A stretch of 64,000 nucleotides of DNA from an uncultured Candidatus Rokubacteria bacterium (GTDB taxonomy: Bacteria > Methylomirabilota > Methylomirabilia > Rokubacteriales > CSP1-6): contig CAVUPM010000001.1 in assembly GCA_963743355.1 (NCBI GenBank), positions 1,510,451 through 1,574,450 of the forward strand. The letters are read 5' to 3'. The notes below the pieces were generated by a model. That model was not told where the DNA came from. It did no database searches and saw only the letters and a program-made list of their open reading frames with translations. The translations under genes and the position numbers were made by a program. Positions 33,887 to 44,914 of the stretch are shown piece after piece; position 1 is the first letter of the stretch; the number at the start of each line of letters is the position of its first letter.

Positions 33887-36418
33887 GTGGTGATCAGGCC
33901 CGGGGGTGGTTTTGCTTTGAGCGCGCTGACGGGACGCTTAGAATCGTTGGCGGACGACCTCCCGGTGAGTGACACCGCCCAGCCGTCTCCTGCGTGGTTG
34001 CGCTGGCTGGCCCCGGCGATTCCGGTTTCGGTAGCGTTCGCCCTGGCGCTCACGCGGATCGAGGACCCCGACGCCTTCACCCATCTGGCCCTCGGCCGCG
34101 AGCTCGTCCACCAGCGTGCATTTCCCGCGCACGAACCCTTCTCGTTCGCCGCCCCTGGCGCCTCCTACTACAACCCGGAATGGCTGTTCGACGTCGTGCT
34201 CTGGCTCGCCTATTTCGCGGCTGGCACGGCGGGCGTCATCCTCCTCAAGGCCGCCATCGTCGCGCTGGCCGTGTGGATCCTGTGGCTCGACTCGCGCGCG
34301 GGGGGCGAGCGCGCCGCCGCCGCCCCGACCGGCCTCCTCATCCGTGCCGCGATCCTCACGGTGGTCGTGGTGATGATCCGGCATCGCTTCGTGGAGCGGC
34401 CTGACCTCGCGCTGATGGTGTTCCTGGGGTTCACGATCTACGCGCTGAACGCCTACCTGGAAATGGGCCGGCGCTGGATCTTCGTGCTGCCCCTCGTCCA
34501 GGTGGTGTGGGTGAACATGCATCCCAGCGTCGTGGTTGGCCTCGTGCCGTTCGCGGCTGTGCTCGGTGGCGGTGTCACGCTGCGCGTGGGTACCGCGCTC
34601 GTGCGACGGTGGTGGGCCCCGACGCAGGCGGTGATTCCATCGTGGCGCCAGCTCGGCGTCGTCACCGCCGTCCTCGCCGGCGTGCTCATCGCGTCCGTCC
34701 TCAACCCCTACCGGTTTGACCCGCTCACGTTGCCGTTCAAGCTGGCCGACCAGCCGTGGTTTCGCCAGGAGGTCATGGAGCTGCAGCCGCCGCAGCCGAC
34801 GACGTGGCCGGGGCCGTTCGTCATGACCGCGCTCCTGCTCCTGGGCCTGGTGGGCACCATCCGACGCCTGCCGCTGATCCCCGGGCTGACGGCGCTGCCG
34901 TTCGTCCGCCTGGGGCTCTCGGCGGTCCGGTTCGTCTTCCTTCTCGAGATCGTCGCCGCGCCGATCCTGGCGCGCACCCTGACGGGCATCACGGCGGGCG
35001 TCCGCGGCCCGCTCGTCCGGCGACTCGTGCTGGGCGGGGCGGCCGCCGCCGCGGGCGTCGCCGTGATCGCAGTCGGCGTGACCGGGGCCGGCATCGGGCC
35101 GCTGGCCGACGCCCGAAAGGCCCCGGGGTTCGGGGTCAACGAGCGCTGGGTTCCCGAGGGCGCTCTGCGCTACCTGGACGCGCGCGGTGTCGAGGGCCGC
35201 CTGTTCAACGCGTTCCACTTTGGCGGCTACATCGAGTGGCGGGACTTCCCGCGACGGGTGCCGATCATCGACGGCCGCGGCTTCGCCGCGCCGAGCCTCA
35301 TCGAGGAGATCCACTTCGCGCGCGCCTACCCCCAGCACCTCGCGCGGCTGCAGGCGCGCTTCGGCCTCGAGGCGGCCGTGATGGACTACCCGACCTACTC
35401 GGGGGACGCGATCGAGGACGTCCTCGGCCCCGACGCCGACCCCGCGCTGGCGTCGCCCGACTGGGCGCTGGTCTACTGGGACGACGTCGCGCTCGTCTAC
35501 CTGCGCCGCCGGGGTCCGCATGCTGCCGTGATCGACCGGGACGAGTACCGGCACGTCAAACCGGCCAGCGGCGCGGCCGGCATCGCCCGGCTGCTGGGCG
35601 ATCCCACGCGCGCGGAGGCGGTGCGCGCGGAGCTGAGTCGCAACGTCGCCGAGACACGCTCCTCGCTGGGCCTGCTGCTGCTGGGCCAGGCCACCGCCGA
35701 TCCCGACCAGGCCATCGCGACCCTGGCGCGCGTGCAGAACCCGGCGCGGCGCTTCGAGGCCGACCAGGCCACCGCGTTCGCCTACTGGCGCCGGAAGGAT
35801 CTTGCGCGGGCCACCGAGTATTACGACCGCGCGCTGGCGCGCCAGCCCGCCGCTTCGATTCTCTATCACGCCGGTCGAGTGCGCGCCGAGGCCGGGGACG
35901 ACCGCGGCGCCGTGGGCTATCTCACGCGCGCCCAGCGTCTCGAGCCCGGCCTGGCGTCGGTGTACCCGGCGCTGATCGCCGCGCACCGTCGGCTCGGCGA
36001 CGAAGGCTCGGCGGTTGCACTGGGTCCGGCGTTTCTCCGGGCCGCCACGCGGGCCCGGGTGGAGCAGCACGAGCGCGCCGCCCGCCGGCTGCTCGCCGAG
36101 AATCGGACCGGCGAGGCCGGTGAAGAGCTGGCCGCGGCGCTGAAGCTCGATCCGCGCAACGTCACGGCGCTCACGACGTTGGGCGTCGTGCGGATGGTCG
36201 AGGGGCGCTTCGACGAGGCCGCTGCCGCCGAGGAGGCCGCGCTGGCGATCGATCCCCGCCACGCTCGCGCCTACTGGGGGCTCGCTCAGATCGCCCGCGC
36301 CCGTGGCGACGAGCCGGCCGTTCGCCGCCACCTGGAGGCCTTCGCGAAGCTCCTCCCCCGCAGCTACGATGCCTGGCAGGTGCGGGAGACGCTCGCCCGC
36401 CGCGCCCCCGGGGGGTGA
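33887..36418 (+). CDS. large integral-membrane protein with C-terminal TPR repeats. Possible GT-C-type (ArnT/PMT-like) glycosyltransferase (inference).
   Basis: 843 aa. About 12 TM helices in the first 430 aa, then a soluble domain with about 6 TPR-like repeats (ALKLDPRNVTALTTLG, AIDPRHARAYWGLA). The start codon is uncertain. Confidence 0.55.
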   Translation: MVIRPGGGFALSALTGRLESLADDLPVSDTAQPSPAWLRWLAPAIPVSVAFALALTRIEDPDAFTHLALGRELVHQRAFPAHEPFSFAAPGASYYNPEWLFDVVLWLAYFAAGTAGVILLKAAIVALAVWILWLDSRAGGERAAAAPTGLLIRAAILTVVVVMIRHRFVERPDLALMVFLGFTIYALNAYLEMGRRWIFVLPLVQVVWVNMHPSVVVGLVPFAAVLGGGVTLRVGTALVRRWWAPTQAVIPSWRQLGVVTAVLAGVLIASVLNPYRFDPLTLPFKLADQPWFRQEVMELQPPQPTTWPGPFVMTALLLLGLVGTIRRLPLIPGLTALPFVRLGLSAVRFVFLLEIVAAPILARTLTGITAGVRGPLVRRLVLGGAAAAAGVAVIAVGVTGAGIGPLADARKAPGFGVNERWVPEGALRYLDARGVEGRLFNAFHFGGYIEWRDFPRRVPIIDGRGFAAPSLIEEIHFARAYPQHLARLQARFGLEAAVMDYPTYSGDAIEDVLGPDADPALASPDWALVYWDDVALVYLRRRGPHAAVIDRDEYRHVKPASGAAGIARLLGDPTRAEAVRAELSRNVAETRSSLGLLLLGQATADPDQAIATLARVQNPARRFEADQATAFAYWRRKDLARATEYYDRALARQPAASILYHAGRVRAEAGDDRGAVGYLTRAQRLEPGLASVYPALIAAHRRLGDEGSAVALGPAFLRAATRARVEQHERAARRLLAENRTGEAGEELAAALKLDPRNVTALTTLGVVRMVEGRFDEAAAAEEAALAIDPRHARAYWGLAQIARARGDEPAVRRHLEAFAKLLPRSYDAWQVRETLARRAPGG

Positions 36419-36428
36419 CGGACGCCGG

Positions 36429-36785
36429 TCAGGGCCGGCGCTCCTCCAGCTGCGTGGAGAGCAAGGCCAGCTCCTGAGCGAGGTTCTTCACCTGGACGGT
36501 GAGGCGCGAGATGATCACCGAGTAGTGCACGGCGATCGCGAACAGGAACAGCACGGCGCAGACCAGCAGCGTGTTGAGCGGGGTGACGGCGCCGACGATG
36601 TGGGTGATGGCGACCAGCAGCCGGTACCAGACCGCGAGCAGGACCATGACCCCGGCCGTGAGCAGCCACAGCCAGGAGTACTCCTCGCGCAATCGCCGGC
36701 GCCGGACCAGCTCGAGGACGAAGAGGAAGGCCAGAACCGAGGTCACCAGCGCGAACAGGGTCTGATGCAGGGTCAGCTCCAGCAT
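36429..36785 (-). CDS. DUF2304-family small membrane protein
   Basis: 118 aa, 3-4 TM helices and a C-terminal coiled coil. This family is typically paired with polyprenol-phosphate GT2 genes. Confidence 0.65.
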   Translation of the reverse strand: MLELTLHQTLFALVTSVLAFLFVLELVRRRRLREEYSWLWLLTAGVMVLLAVWYRLLVAITHIVGAVTPLNTLLVCAVLFLFAIAVHYSVIISRLTVQVKNLAQELALLSTQLEERRP

Positions 36786-36786
36786 G

Positions 36787-38253
36787 TCAGGCTCCCTTGC
36801 GGGCGGCGGGTTCGCGCCTCAGCGGCGCCAGCGCCACCGACAGCAGCATCTTGAACACGTAGTAGATCGGGCGCAGGCCCGCGTGCATCGAGCGGCCGCC
36901 GGCCCGCGGGTACATCCGCACGGGCACCTCGCGCAGCCGGAAGCCCGCCCGCCGCAGCGTGATGAGCACGTCGGCGTCGGCGTAGTCGGTCGGGTACCAC
37001 TCGGTGGCGACGAAGCGCACGACGTCGCCGCCAAACGCCCGGAAGCCCGAGGTGACGTCGGAGAACCGTACGCCCGTCAGCAGCCAGGCCAGCCAGCGGA
37101 AGAGGCCCATGCCGGCGCGGCGGAGCACGCCCGGGCGGTACGCCCCACCCCCCAGGAAGCGCGAGCCGATCGCCACGTCAGCCTCGCCGCGCTGGATCAC
37201 GGCCAGCAGCGCGGGGATGTCGGCCGGCTCATGCTGGCCGTCGGCGTCGAGGTGCACGACGCAGTCGTATCCCTCGCGGACGGCCAGCTTGTAGCCGGTC
37301 TGGGCGGCGACACCGGCGCCGAGGTTGAAGGGCAGGCGGACGACGCGGGCGCCGGCGGCGCGAGCGACATCCGCGGTGTCGTCGTCGGAGCCGTCGTCGA
37401 CGACCAGCATCGTGGCGTCGGGGACGGCCGCCCGCACCCCAGCCAGCACGCGGCCGACGCGCGCGGCCTCGTTGAAGGCGGGCACGAGGACGAGTGGCTT
37501 CATCGACCCGCCGTCCACGGCCGCCGTGTGCCGGGCGACCATCTCGCGCCACGGCACCGCGTGCGCATTCACGTGGGCGCCCGCCTCGGGCCCGGTGTTG
37601 GCCAGCAGGTCGAGCGCGGTGACGTAGGGCTCGAAAACGCCGTGCTGCTGCGGGTAGGGGGACAGATCGTAGTCCATGTACTCGACCGCGATCCCCGCCG
37701 ACTCGAACGCCTCGTGATCGAGATAGGCGAGCCCGCCGTGCCCGGTCAGGTAGCGGGTGGCGCCGAGGGCCTGGCAGACGGCCAGCACGCGCGCCGTGCC
37801 GGCGCCGCCGATGCCGAGCGCGGACGAGCGGAGCGTTTCCCGTCGGATGCCGATCAGCTCGGCCATCAGGCGGGTGGTGGCGATGGTCAGCTCGGCCAGC
37901 CGCGCCCAGATGCCGCCGGCCAGCATGGCCAGCACCGGCTCGACGCTGGCCGCGAACGGCGCCGGCCGCAGCGTGTGGCGGATGACCGCGCCGTGACGCG
38001 TCCGCCAGCGGCCGTCCTCGGCGATGTCCACCTCGTCGATGCGCTGGCCGAAGCGCCCGCTCTTGCGGACCGGCACGGTCAGCCAGGATCGCCCCTGGGC
38101 CGTCTTGAGCTGCACGCGCGCGAAGAAGCTGCGGCTCGTGTTCGAGGTGAACTGCACGTCGTCGTAGAAGACGAAGACGTCGGCTGCCTTCATGAGCGCG
38201 AAGTGGCCCCGCCACGGCAGGTAGCAGGGCTGGTTGATGGCGACGGCGGTCAC
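36787..38253 (-). CDS. WbqC-like domain fused in-frame to a GT2 polyprenol-phosphate glycosyltransferase (DPM1/ArnC-like). May be two coupled genes with an internal start near 37503.
   Basis: A 488-aa ORF with no intervening stop. Residues 1-250 are WbqC-family (INQPCYLPWRGHF). Residues 251-488 are GT2 (MKPLVLVPAFNE...VVDDGSDD...DADGQHEP). Confidence 0.7.
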   Translation of the reverse strand: MTAVAINQPCYLPWRGHFALMKAADVFVFYDDVQFTSNTSRSFFARVQLKTAQGRSWLTVPVRKSGRFGQRIDEVDIAEDGRWRTRHGAVIRHTLRPAPFAASVEPVLAMLAGGIWARLAELTIATTRLMAELIGIRRETLRSSALGIGGAGTARVLAVCQALGATRYLTGHGGLAYLDHEAFESAGIAVEYMDYDLSPYPQQHGVFEPYVTALDLLANTGPEAGAHVNAHAVPWREMVARHTAAVDGGSMKPLVLVPAFNEAARVGRVLAGVRAAVPDATMLVVDDGSDDDTADVARAAGARVVRLPFNLGAGVAAQTGYKLAVREGYDCVVHLDADGQHEPADIPALLAVIQRGEADVAIGSRFLGGGAYRPGVLRRAGMGLFRWLAWLLTGVRFSDVTSGFRAFGGDVVRFVATEWYPTDYADADVLITLRRAGFRLREVPVRMYPRAGGRSMHAGLRPIYYVFKMLLSVALAPLRREPAARKGA

Positions 38254-38788
38254 GCCAGGAAGACCGCCATGATCAGCACGTCCACGAAGTCCTGCCCGCG
38301 GGGTAGCTGGCGTCGCAGCACGCCCTCCGTCTCGAAACCGGCCCGCTGGTAGAGCGCGATGGCGCGCGGGTTGTCGCCGGCTACCTCCAGCAGCACCTTG
38401 CGCAGTCGCAACGCCGCCGCCCGGCGCAGCACCAGGCGCAGCGTCTCGTGCGCGATGCCCTGCCCCCAGCAGTCCTTCTCGCCGATCACCACGCCGAAGT
38501 AGGCGGTGCCACCTCGGCGGTCGATGCGCGTGAGGTTCGTCAGGCCCACCAGACGCCTCGACGCCTGCAGCTCGACGGCAAACGTGAGACGGCTGGGATC
38601 GCTCCCCACGGACACCGCGCGCAGCCAGCGCTGAGCCTCCCGGGTCCGGAACGGCGCGTCGCCCCAGAGCGCGCCGCGGCGCAGCTCCTCGTCGTGCCGC
38701 CAGGCGATCACGCGGGGCAGGTCGGTGCGGCGGAAGGGCCGCAGCCGCACCTGCTCGCCGGCGGCGGCGCGCCCATGCGGCACGCTCA
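38250..38788 (-). CDS. GNAT-family N-acetyltransferase
   Basis: About 179 aa from a GTG that overlaps the upstream stop (GTGA). VRLRPFRRTDLPRV...QRAGF acetyl-CoA-binding motif. Confidence 0.7.
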
Positions 38789-39974
38789 CGGCAGGAAGAA
38801 CCGGAGCCCGGGACGCTCGAGCAGTCCGGCCTGGGCGAGGATGTCGCGAGCGCGCCCGCGGTTCAGGCCGACGAGGATGTCGGTGACGGCCGGGGGAATC
38901 TGCCGCGGATGCACGATGGGCCGGCCCAGGTGCGTCTTGCCGGCCTTGAACGGGTTCTGATCGAGGAAGCAGCTGATGGCCGATCGCGCCGGCGCCGACC
39001 TGCAGCGCGAGGTAGCTGCCGAACACGCCGGCCCCGTAGACCGCCAGCGCCCCCTTGCCGTCGGGGCGCTCGTCCAGGAACGTGCCGAGCCGCGTGCCAC
39101 ACTCGACCCAGCGCGCGACCTCCGCGCGGATCGTGCCGGCATAGACGGCCGCCGTGTCGCCACCGCGCCGGGCCGGGCGCCCGGCGAAGCCGGGCTCGGG
39201 GACGGCCATCAGCGTGATCTGGCCGAGCTGATGGTGCTCGGAGGCGACGATCGGCCGCAGCCCGCAACGCTGCAGCAGCGTGCTGAGGCTCGGGGCCGAG
39301 AAGTGCGAGAGGTGGTCGGCCAGGAACGCGTCGATCGTGTTGGTGACGACGTTGGGGACGGTGAGGTACAGGAACCCGGTCGGCGCCAGCAGCGATGCGA
39401 GCCGGCCCAGCGTCACCGCGGGATCGATCAGGTGCTCGGCGACGAAGAACATCGTCACGAGGTCGAAGGGCCCGGCCGGCGTGGCCGGCCGCTCGAGTGG
39501 CGTCACCCGGAACCCGCCGGGGCCGGTGAGCGGCTCCACGAAGGCCCGGTAGCGTTCGGAGACGTCGCAACCAAACAGCTCCCAGCCCGGGTGCTGGCGC
39601 TGGAAGCGCGCCAGGAACGCGCCCTTGCCGCAGCCGAAGTCGAGCACGCGCCCCTTGGATGGCAGGTTCGCGAGCCGGCCGAGGTTGTCGAGCTGGATCT
39701 GCGAGCGGTAGATCGGCCGCCCGTCGGCGTCCAGGTCGTAGAGATCGTCGGCGTCCGCGCACTCGAGCAGCGAGTCGTACTCCCGATCGTAGTAGTCCGC
39801 GACGTCGGCCAGCCCGCCCTCGTCGCTCATGACGTGGGCGCAGCCCGGGCAGAGATAGATCTTGAGCCGCCCCCGCCGGAGCTTCGACTCGGAGGTCAGG
39901 GTCTCGTCGAGCGCCGAGGCGTGCAGCAGCTCGGGCTGGGGACGCGCGCAGGCGCGGCAGACGACCAGCATCGC
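38786..39974 (-). CDS. NDP-sugar C-methyltransferase (TcaB9-like: Zn ribbon + SAM MTase + C-terminal domain), copy 1. A frameshift near 39060 disrupts the reading frame.
   Basis: N-terminus MLVVCRACARPQ...CPGCAHV, motif I VLDFGCGKG. The C-terminus continues in the alternate frame (ORF 38786..39163: FLDQNPFKAGKTHLGRPIVHP). Confidence 0.7.
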
Positions 39975-39976
39975 GC

Positions 39977-40874
39977 TCAGTCGTCGGACGATCCGGCGAC
40001 CAGCTCCGGATGGTACCGGCGAAAGTCCACGCCCTCGTTCATGCCGCCCGCCCAGTCGTGACGGATCGCCGTCGGGTTGAGGAAGTCGAAGTAGCGGGCC
40101 TGCAACGTCCAGCGCGTGGCGGCGCTGTGGTTGGGTTGCGAGCGGTGCAGCAGGAACGTGTGGAACACGAGCGCGTCGCCGGCGGCGGCGGGCACCGACA
40201 CGGTCGGGTGGCGGGCGAGCAGCCCATCCAGCCCGTCGATCTCCAGCGCCTCGTTGGCGTTGCGGCGGGCGTTCAGCGCATCGCGCACGCGCACCGGTAG
40301 CGCGCCCAGGCGGTGAGAGCCCGGCGCCATGAGCAGGCAGCCGTTCCGCTCGCTGACGTCCACCAGCGGCAGCCACAACGTGACGGCGTTGTCGCTGGTG
40401 AGGTTGTACGGGTACTCCTGGTGCCACGGGGACAGGTACGTGTCCTCGTCGGGATGGTCCATGCGCACCCCGGTGCCACCCGGGTAGATGCCGGGCAGCC
40501 GGGTGCTCATGAGCTGGCGCATCACCGCCCACACGCGCGGCGCCGTGATGAGCCCGTACACGCTCGGCAGCTTACGCACGGCCTGGTAGATCCGGCCCAC
40601 GCGCTCGCGGTCGGCGCTGAGGAGCAGATCCAGCCCGCGATCGAACCGCGTCGAGCGCGGAGCCAGCCGGGTCGAGGCCACGCTCGCGCAGCACCAGGCC
40701 GAGGATCGTGGCGACCTCGTCCCGGAAGCGCGCCAGGAGGTCGGGAGCGGCAAAGCCGCGCAGCAGCAGGCAGCCGTGGGTTGCGTACGCGGTCAGCGCG
40801 GCGTCGGGTAGCGGCCGCTCGGCATCCCAGTCGGCGGTCACCGTGAAACGGCCGATCGCGGCGCCGGCGTCCAT
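39977..40874 (-). CDS. phytanoyl-CoA dioxygenase (PhyH) family Fe/2OG oxygenase. A frameshift near 40650 disrupts the reading frame.
   Basis: N-terminus (MDAGAAIGRFT...YATHGCLLLRGF) in one frame. The C-terminus (ORF 39977..40753: WHQEYPY...HTFLLHRSQPN) in another. Confidence 0.65.
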
Positions 40875-40879
40875 CAGGC

Positions 40880-41980
40880 GGCACCCAGATGCTCGCGGAT
40901 CGCGCCGGCGACCCGCTCGACGGTGGCGTCGCGGCATGTGCGTGTGCAGCGGCAGCGTCATGATCTCGCGCGTCACGCGCTCGGTCACGCTCAGGTCGCC
41001 GCGCCGGCACGTCTTGAAGTACGTGAAGTCCTGGGCCGGCAGGAAGTGGATGCCGGTCGCGATGCCGCGCCCGCGCAGGTGCTCGATGAGCCGCTCGCGC
41101 CGCGCGGCCGGCACGCGCACGGTGTAGATGAACGGCGAGACGTCCTCGAAGTCGGTCGCCGGGCAGCGCACGCCGGCGATGCCGGCCAGCCGGCGGTTGT
41201 AGAGCCGGCACGCCTGCCGGCGGCTGGCGATGAACTCGTCCACGCGCGTGAGCTGCGAGAGCCCGACGGCTGCGTTGATGTTGGTCAGGTGATACCGGAA
41301 GCCCTGGGAGACGACGTCGTACTCCCACGCGCGGCTGTTCTTGTACCGCGCGAGTGTCTCGCGGTCGATGCCGAGGAAGCGCCAGTGGCGCAGCCGCTCC
41401 AGCGCGGCGGCGTCGCCCACCACCACGGCGCCGCCGTCGATCGAGGTGATCACCTTGACCGGGTCGAAGCTGAAGCACGTCACGTCGCCGAAGCTGCCGA
41501 TCGGCCCGGCCGTCGACGCGCGTGCCGAAGGCGTGGGTGGCGTCCTCCACGATGCGCAGGCGATGGTGCTCGGCCAGCGCGAATAGCTCCTTGACGCGGC
41601 CGGCGACGCCGCCGAAGTGCAGCGGCACGATCGCCTTCGTGCGCGGGCCGATCAGGGCGGCGGCCTTGTCGGGATCGAGCCCCAGCGTCGACGTCGTCCA
41701 CGTCGCACAGCACCGGCGCGGCGCCGGTCGCGACGATCGCCTGGTGGTCGGCGACGAAGTTGAAGGCGGACGTGATCACCTCGTCGCCGGGGCCGACCCC
41801 GGCGGCCAGCAGGCCGAGGTGGAGCGCGGAGGTGCCGGTGTTGGTGGCCAGCACGAAGCGGCCGTCGAGGCCGAGGAACCGCGCGATGCCTTCCTCGAAA
41901 GCCTGGGTGACCGCGCCCATCCCCAGCCAGCCGGCGTGCAGGGCGTCGACGACGGCCTTGATCGTGTCGACGCCGATCAC
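40880..41980 (-). CDS. DegT/DnrJ/EryC1-family PLP-dependent sugar aminotransferase. At least 2 frameshifts disrupt the reading frame.
   Basis: N-terminus in ORF 41480..41980 (TNTGTSALHLGLLAAGVGPGDEVITSAFNFVA). The middle is in ORF 40522..41628 (RIVEDATHAFG). The C-terminus is in ORF 40572..41483 (FSFDPVKVITSIDGGAVV). Confidence 0.7.
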
Positions 41981-42017
41981 GGGCTGGAAGACCGGGATCG
42001 CGGGCTGACCGTGTCAG

Positions 42018-42755
42018 TCACCGGTGCACCGGAGGTAGCCGTCGGGCGCGCACGTGAGCAGCAGCTTGCCGGCGATGCGCGCGTCGATCTCGAAGCGATC
42101 GGTGGTCTTCAGGAACTGCCACACCGCAGTCTTGGGGTTGTTGCCCTTGCCCCAGCGCCGGCCGGCGAAGAGCTCGTCCGGCAGGTCCTCGATGAGCGTG
42201 TCGAAGACGATCGAGGTAGCTGCCGCGGGTGACCAGCGGCGCGTAGAGCTCCAGCTCGCGCAGCACGTGGGCGTGGGTGTGATCGGAGTCGAGCGTCACG
42301 AGCACGCGCCGGTGGCCCCGCGCCAGCTGCGCGCACCGCGGCGACCACGCTCGGCGTCGGTCGAGGAGCCCTCGATCAGCCGGATCCGCTTGGCGAGCGG
42401 GTGGGCCTCGATCTCACGCCGGTTGTGGGCGCGGATGTCGACATCCACGCCGACGACGAGGCCGTCGCCGCCGAGCAGCTCGAGCAGCGAGGCCGAGTGG
42501 ATCAGCGAGCCGCCGTGGGCGATGCCGGTCTCCACGACGAGGTCGGGCCGCACCTGCCAGACGATCTCCTGCACGGCGAGCAGGTCTTGCGGGAGCTGGA
42601 TGACCGGCCGCCCGAGCCAGGCTGAAGTTGTACGTGTACCTGTGGCGCGTGATCTCCGCCAGCCAGGCGCGGGACAGCGCCTGGATGCCGCCGTCAGCCA
42701 TGAGCCGGTCGACGTTGGTCTTCACCTCGGCGGAGAACCGCTCGATCTCGTCCAT
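42018..42755 (-). CDS. CmcI (cephalosporin hydroxylase)-family methyltransferase, possibly a sugar O-methyltransferase. At least 2 frameshifts disrupt the reading frame.
   Basis: Pieces in three ORFs: YTYNFS (42414..42755), QEIVWQVRPDLVVETGIAHGGSLIHSASLLELLG (42296..42574) and LVTLDSDHTHAHVLRELELYAPLVTRGSY (42018..42305). Confidence 0.65.
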
Positions 42756-42780
42756 GTCTTCGGCGGCTAGGACCGCCTTT

Positions 42781-44003
42781 TCACGTTACCGCGGCGGGCC
42801 GTGGAATCCGCCAACCATTTTTACCAACGTTTCCCATCGCTTCGAGGTAGCAGTTGGGCTCAGCCCGGGGCCGTGGCGGCGTAGACCTCGAGCAGCTCGG
42901 GACCTGGGCCGCCCAGTCGTACCGCTCCCGAACGAGCGCCCGGGCGGTGGCGCCCAGCGCGGCACAGGCCCGGGCGTCGGCGTGCAGGGCCCGGATGGCC
43001 GCGACCATCTCCCGGGCGGTGTCGACCAGCCGCAGGTGGTGCCCGTCCTCGACGTCGAGTCCCTCGGCGGCCTTGGCAGTACACACGACGGGAAGGCCGG
43101 CGGCGAAGTACTCCAGAAGCTTCAGCCGAGTCCCGCTGCCGTGGCTGATCGGCGCGATGGCAACCCGGGTCGAGGCCAGGAGGTCCGCCGTCGAGGCGAC
43201 GCGGCCCAGGAAGCGCACGTTGGGCGGAATCCGGCGCGGTCGATACGGAGCGTCTCCCACGATGTGGAACTGCAGGTCCCGCAGCGCCGGCGCGAGGTCG
43301 CGGCAGATCGCCTCGACCGCGAAGTAGTTCGGCGGATAGCGCGTGGTGCCCACGAACACGACGGGGCCGCCCCCGGCGAGCGCCGCGGCCGGGCGTGGCA
43401 CGAAGCGACGGACCTCGACGCAGTTCGGCACCACGCTCGATTTCGCGGCGATGCCCGGCAGAGGCGTCTCGGCCCGCTCGCGATCCAGCGCCGAACAGAA
43501 CAGGACGTGCGCGGCCGCGCCTGCCCAGCAGGCGATCTCCATCCGGGCCTGGCGCCGGCGGGTCACGCGGTAGTAGACGCGGTCGCGCAACGAGGCCTGC
43601 GGAAACGCGGTCATGTCCTGGTAGACGTTGTGCGCGTTGAGCACGAACGGTCCCAGGCCCGCGCGGCGGGCCGCCTCGAAGAGCAGCGGGGACTCCAGCT
43701 GAATCAGCGTGCGCTCGCGGTCGAGCCGGGCCGGGAAGCGGAATCCCAGCGTGGGCGCCAGGAGCATCGCGGCGAGGTGCCGGGCGCGGCGAAGCCCGTC
43801 GGCCGGCCGGGCGATGTGTACGACCGCGAGACCGGCCGGGGGCTGGAGCGGAGCCGGGGACGTCGAGAAGCGCAGACGGTGACGGCGCCCAGGTGCGGCC
43901 GCACCGAGGACGCCATACCGAAGGTGCGCGCCGCCGTGCCGTTGGCCGGCGGGATCACGGTGTCGGGTGCGAGACAGACGAGCTCACGTTCGGCAAGCGT
44001 CAT
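42781..44003 (-). CDS. glycosyltransferase family 4 (GT-B). A frameshift disrupts the reading frame.
   Basis: C-terminal domain in ORF 42781..43767 (ISHGSGTRLKLLEYFAAGLPVV). The N-terminus appears in ORF 43704..44525 from MTLAERELVCL. Confidence 0.65.
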
Positions 44004-44914
44004 CACCGGGTGGCCGACCCTCGCCCGGCCCGACCGGCTCGGAGCGCCAGGCGTTCGAGCCCGCGGCCGAGGCGATGCGCGAGGTGACCGTAGCGTGGAT
44101 AGCGGTACTGGCAATACATCACGTGATGGACGACGTTCAGGCGCAGCAAGCGGTAGAGCACCGCCGGCGAGCGCGGGGTTCGCGCGTCGGACAACAGCGC
44201 GCGTGTGAACGGGGCGAGCGGCAGCAGCCGGGGGAGGGCGGTCGGGAGCGTCGTGTCGAGCAGCGCGTGTACTTCGTCGCGATGATTCGCCTCGCGCACG
44301 AGCCCCACCCCCTCGAGCTGCCGTGGGTGCCGGCCATGAGCGACCGCGCGGAAATGACCCAGTCGAACGCGTGGTACCCGAACGGCGGCATCGTCGCCTG
44401 TAGGATTGGGCGCCGGTGCAGACCGTACAGGCGGGAGTTGTCCATCGGGTCGTCGAGAAAGCGGCAGAGATTGTCGGCCGGGGTGCCGAGCAACGCGAAC
44501 GTCCCGCCCGCCGCCCGCCGCACACCGTCGGCCTCCAGAAAATCGACGCGCGGTACGCAGCAGACGACCTCAGGGCGGGCGTCGAGCACGTCGACGCAGG
44601 CCGCCAGCAGCGAGGGCAGAGCGTAGTCGTCGCCGGACAGCCACATGAAGTACTCCGCCCGGGCCGCCTGGAGCACGACGCGGAAGTTGTCGTAGGCCGA
44701 GGTCGTTCGTGGCTGCCGGATCAGACGGATGCGCGAATCCACGGACGCGTAGCGCCGGCAGATCTCCCCGGTGCCGTCGGTCGACGCGTTGTCGGAGACG
44801 ACGAGCTCGAAGTCCGTGAGCGTCTGGCCGAGCACCGATTCGATCGCGCGGGCGACGGTGCGCTCCAGGTTGAAGACGGGCAGGCCGATCGAGACCCGCG
44901 GCACGGCGCTCACG
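44003..44914 (-). CDS. glycosyltransferase family 2. A frameshift near 44200-44300 disrupts the reading frame.
   Basis: GTG start overlapping the Wzx stop. PRVSIGLPVFNLERTVARAIESVLGQTLTDFELVVSDNASTDGT GT2 signature. Confidence 0.65.

Noticed and set aside
38250-40532. 760-aa ORF and the 1095-aa ORF at 44137-47424 as single giant multidomain proteins
   Set aside because: They are in-frame concatenations of several separate genes (GNAT, C-MTase, junk; GT2, Wzx, MTase) joined by stop-free GC-rich spacer and junk translation. Internal GTG/ATG starts overlap upstream stops.
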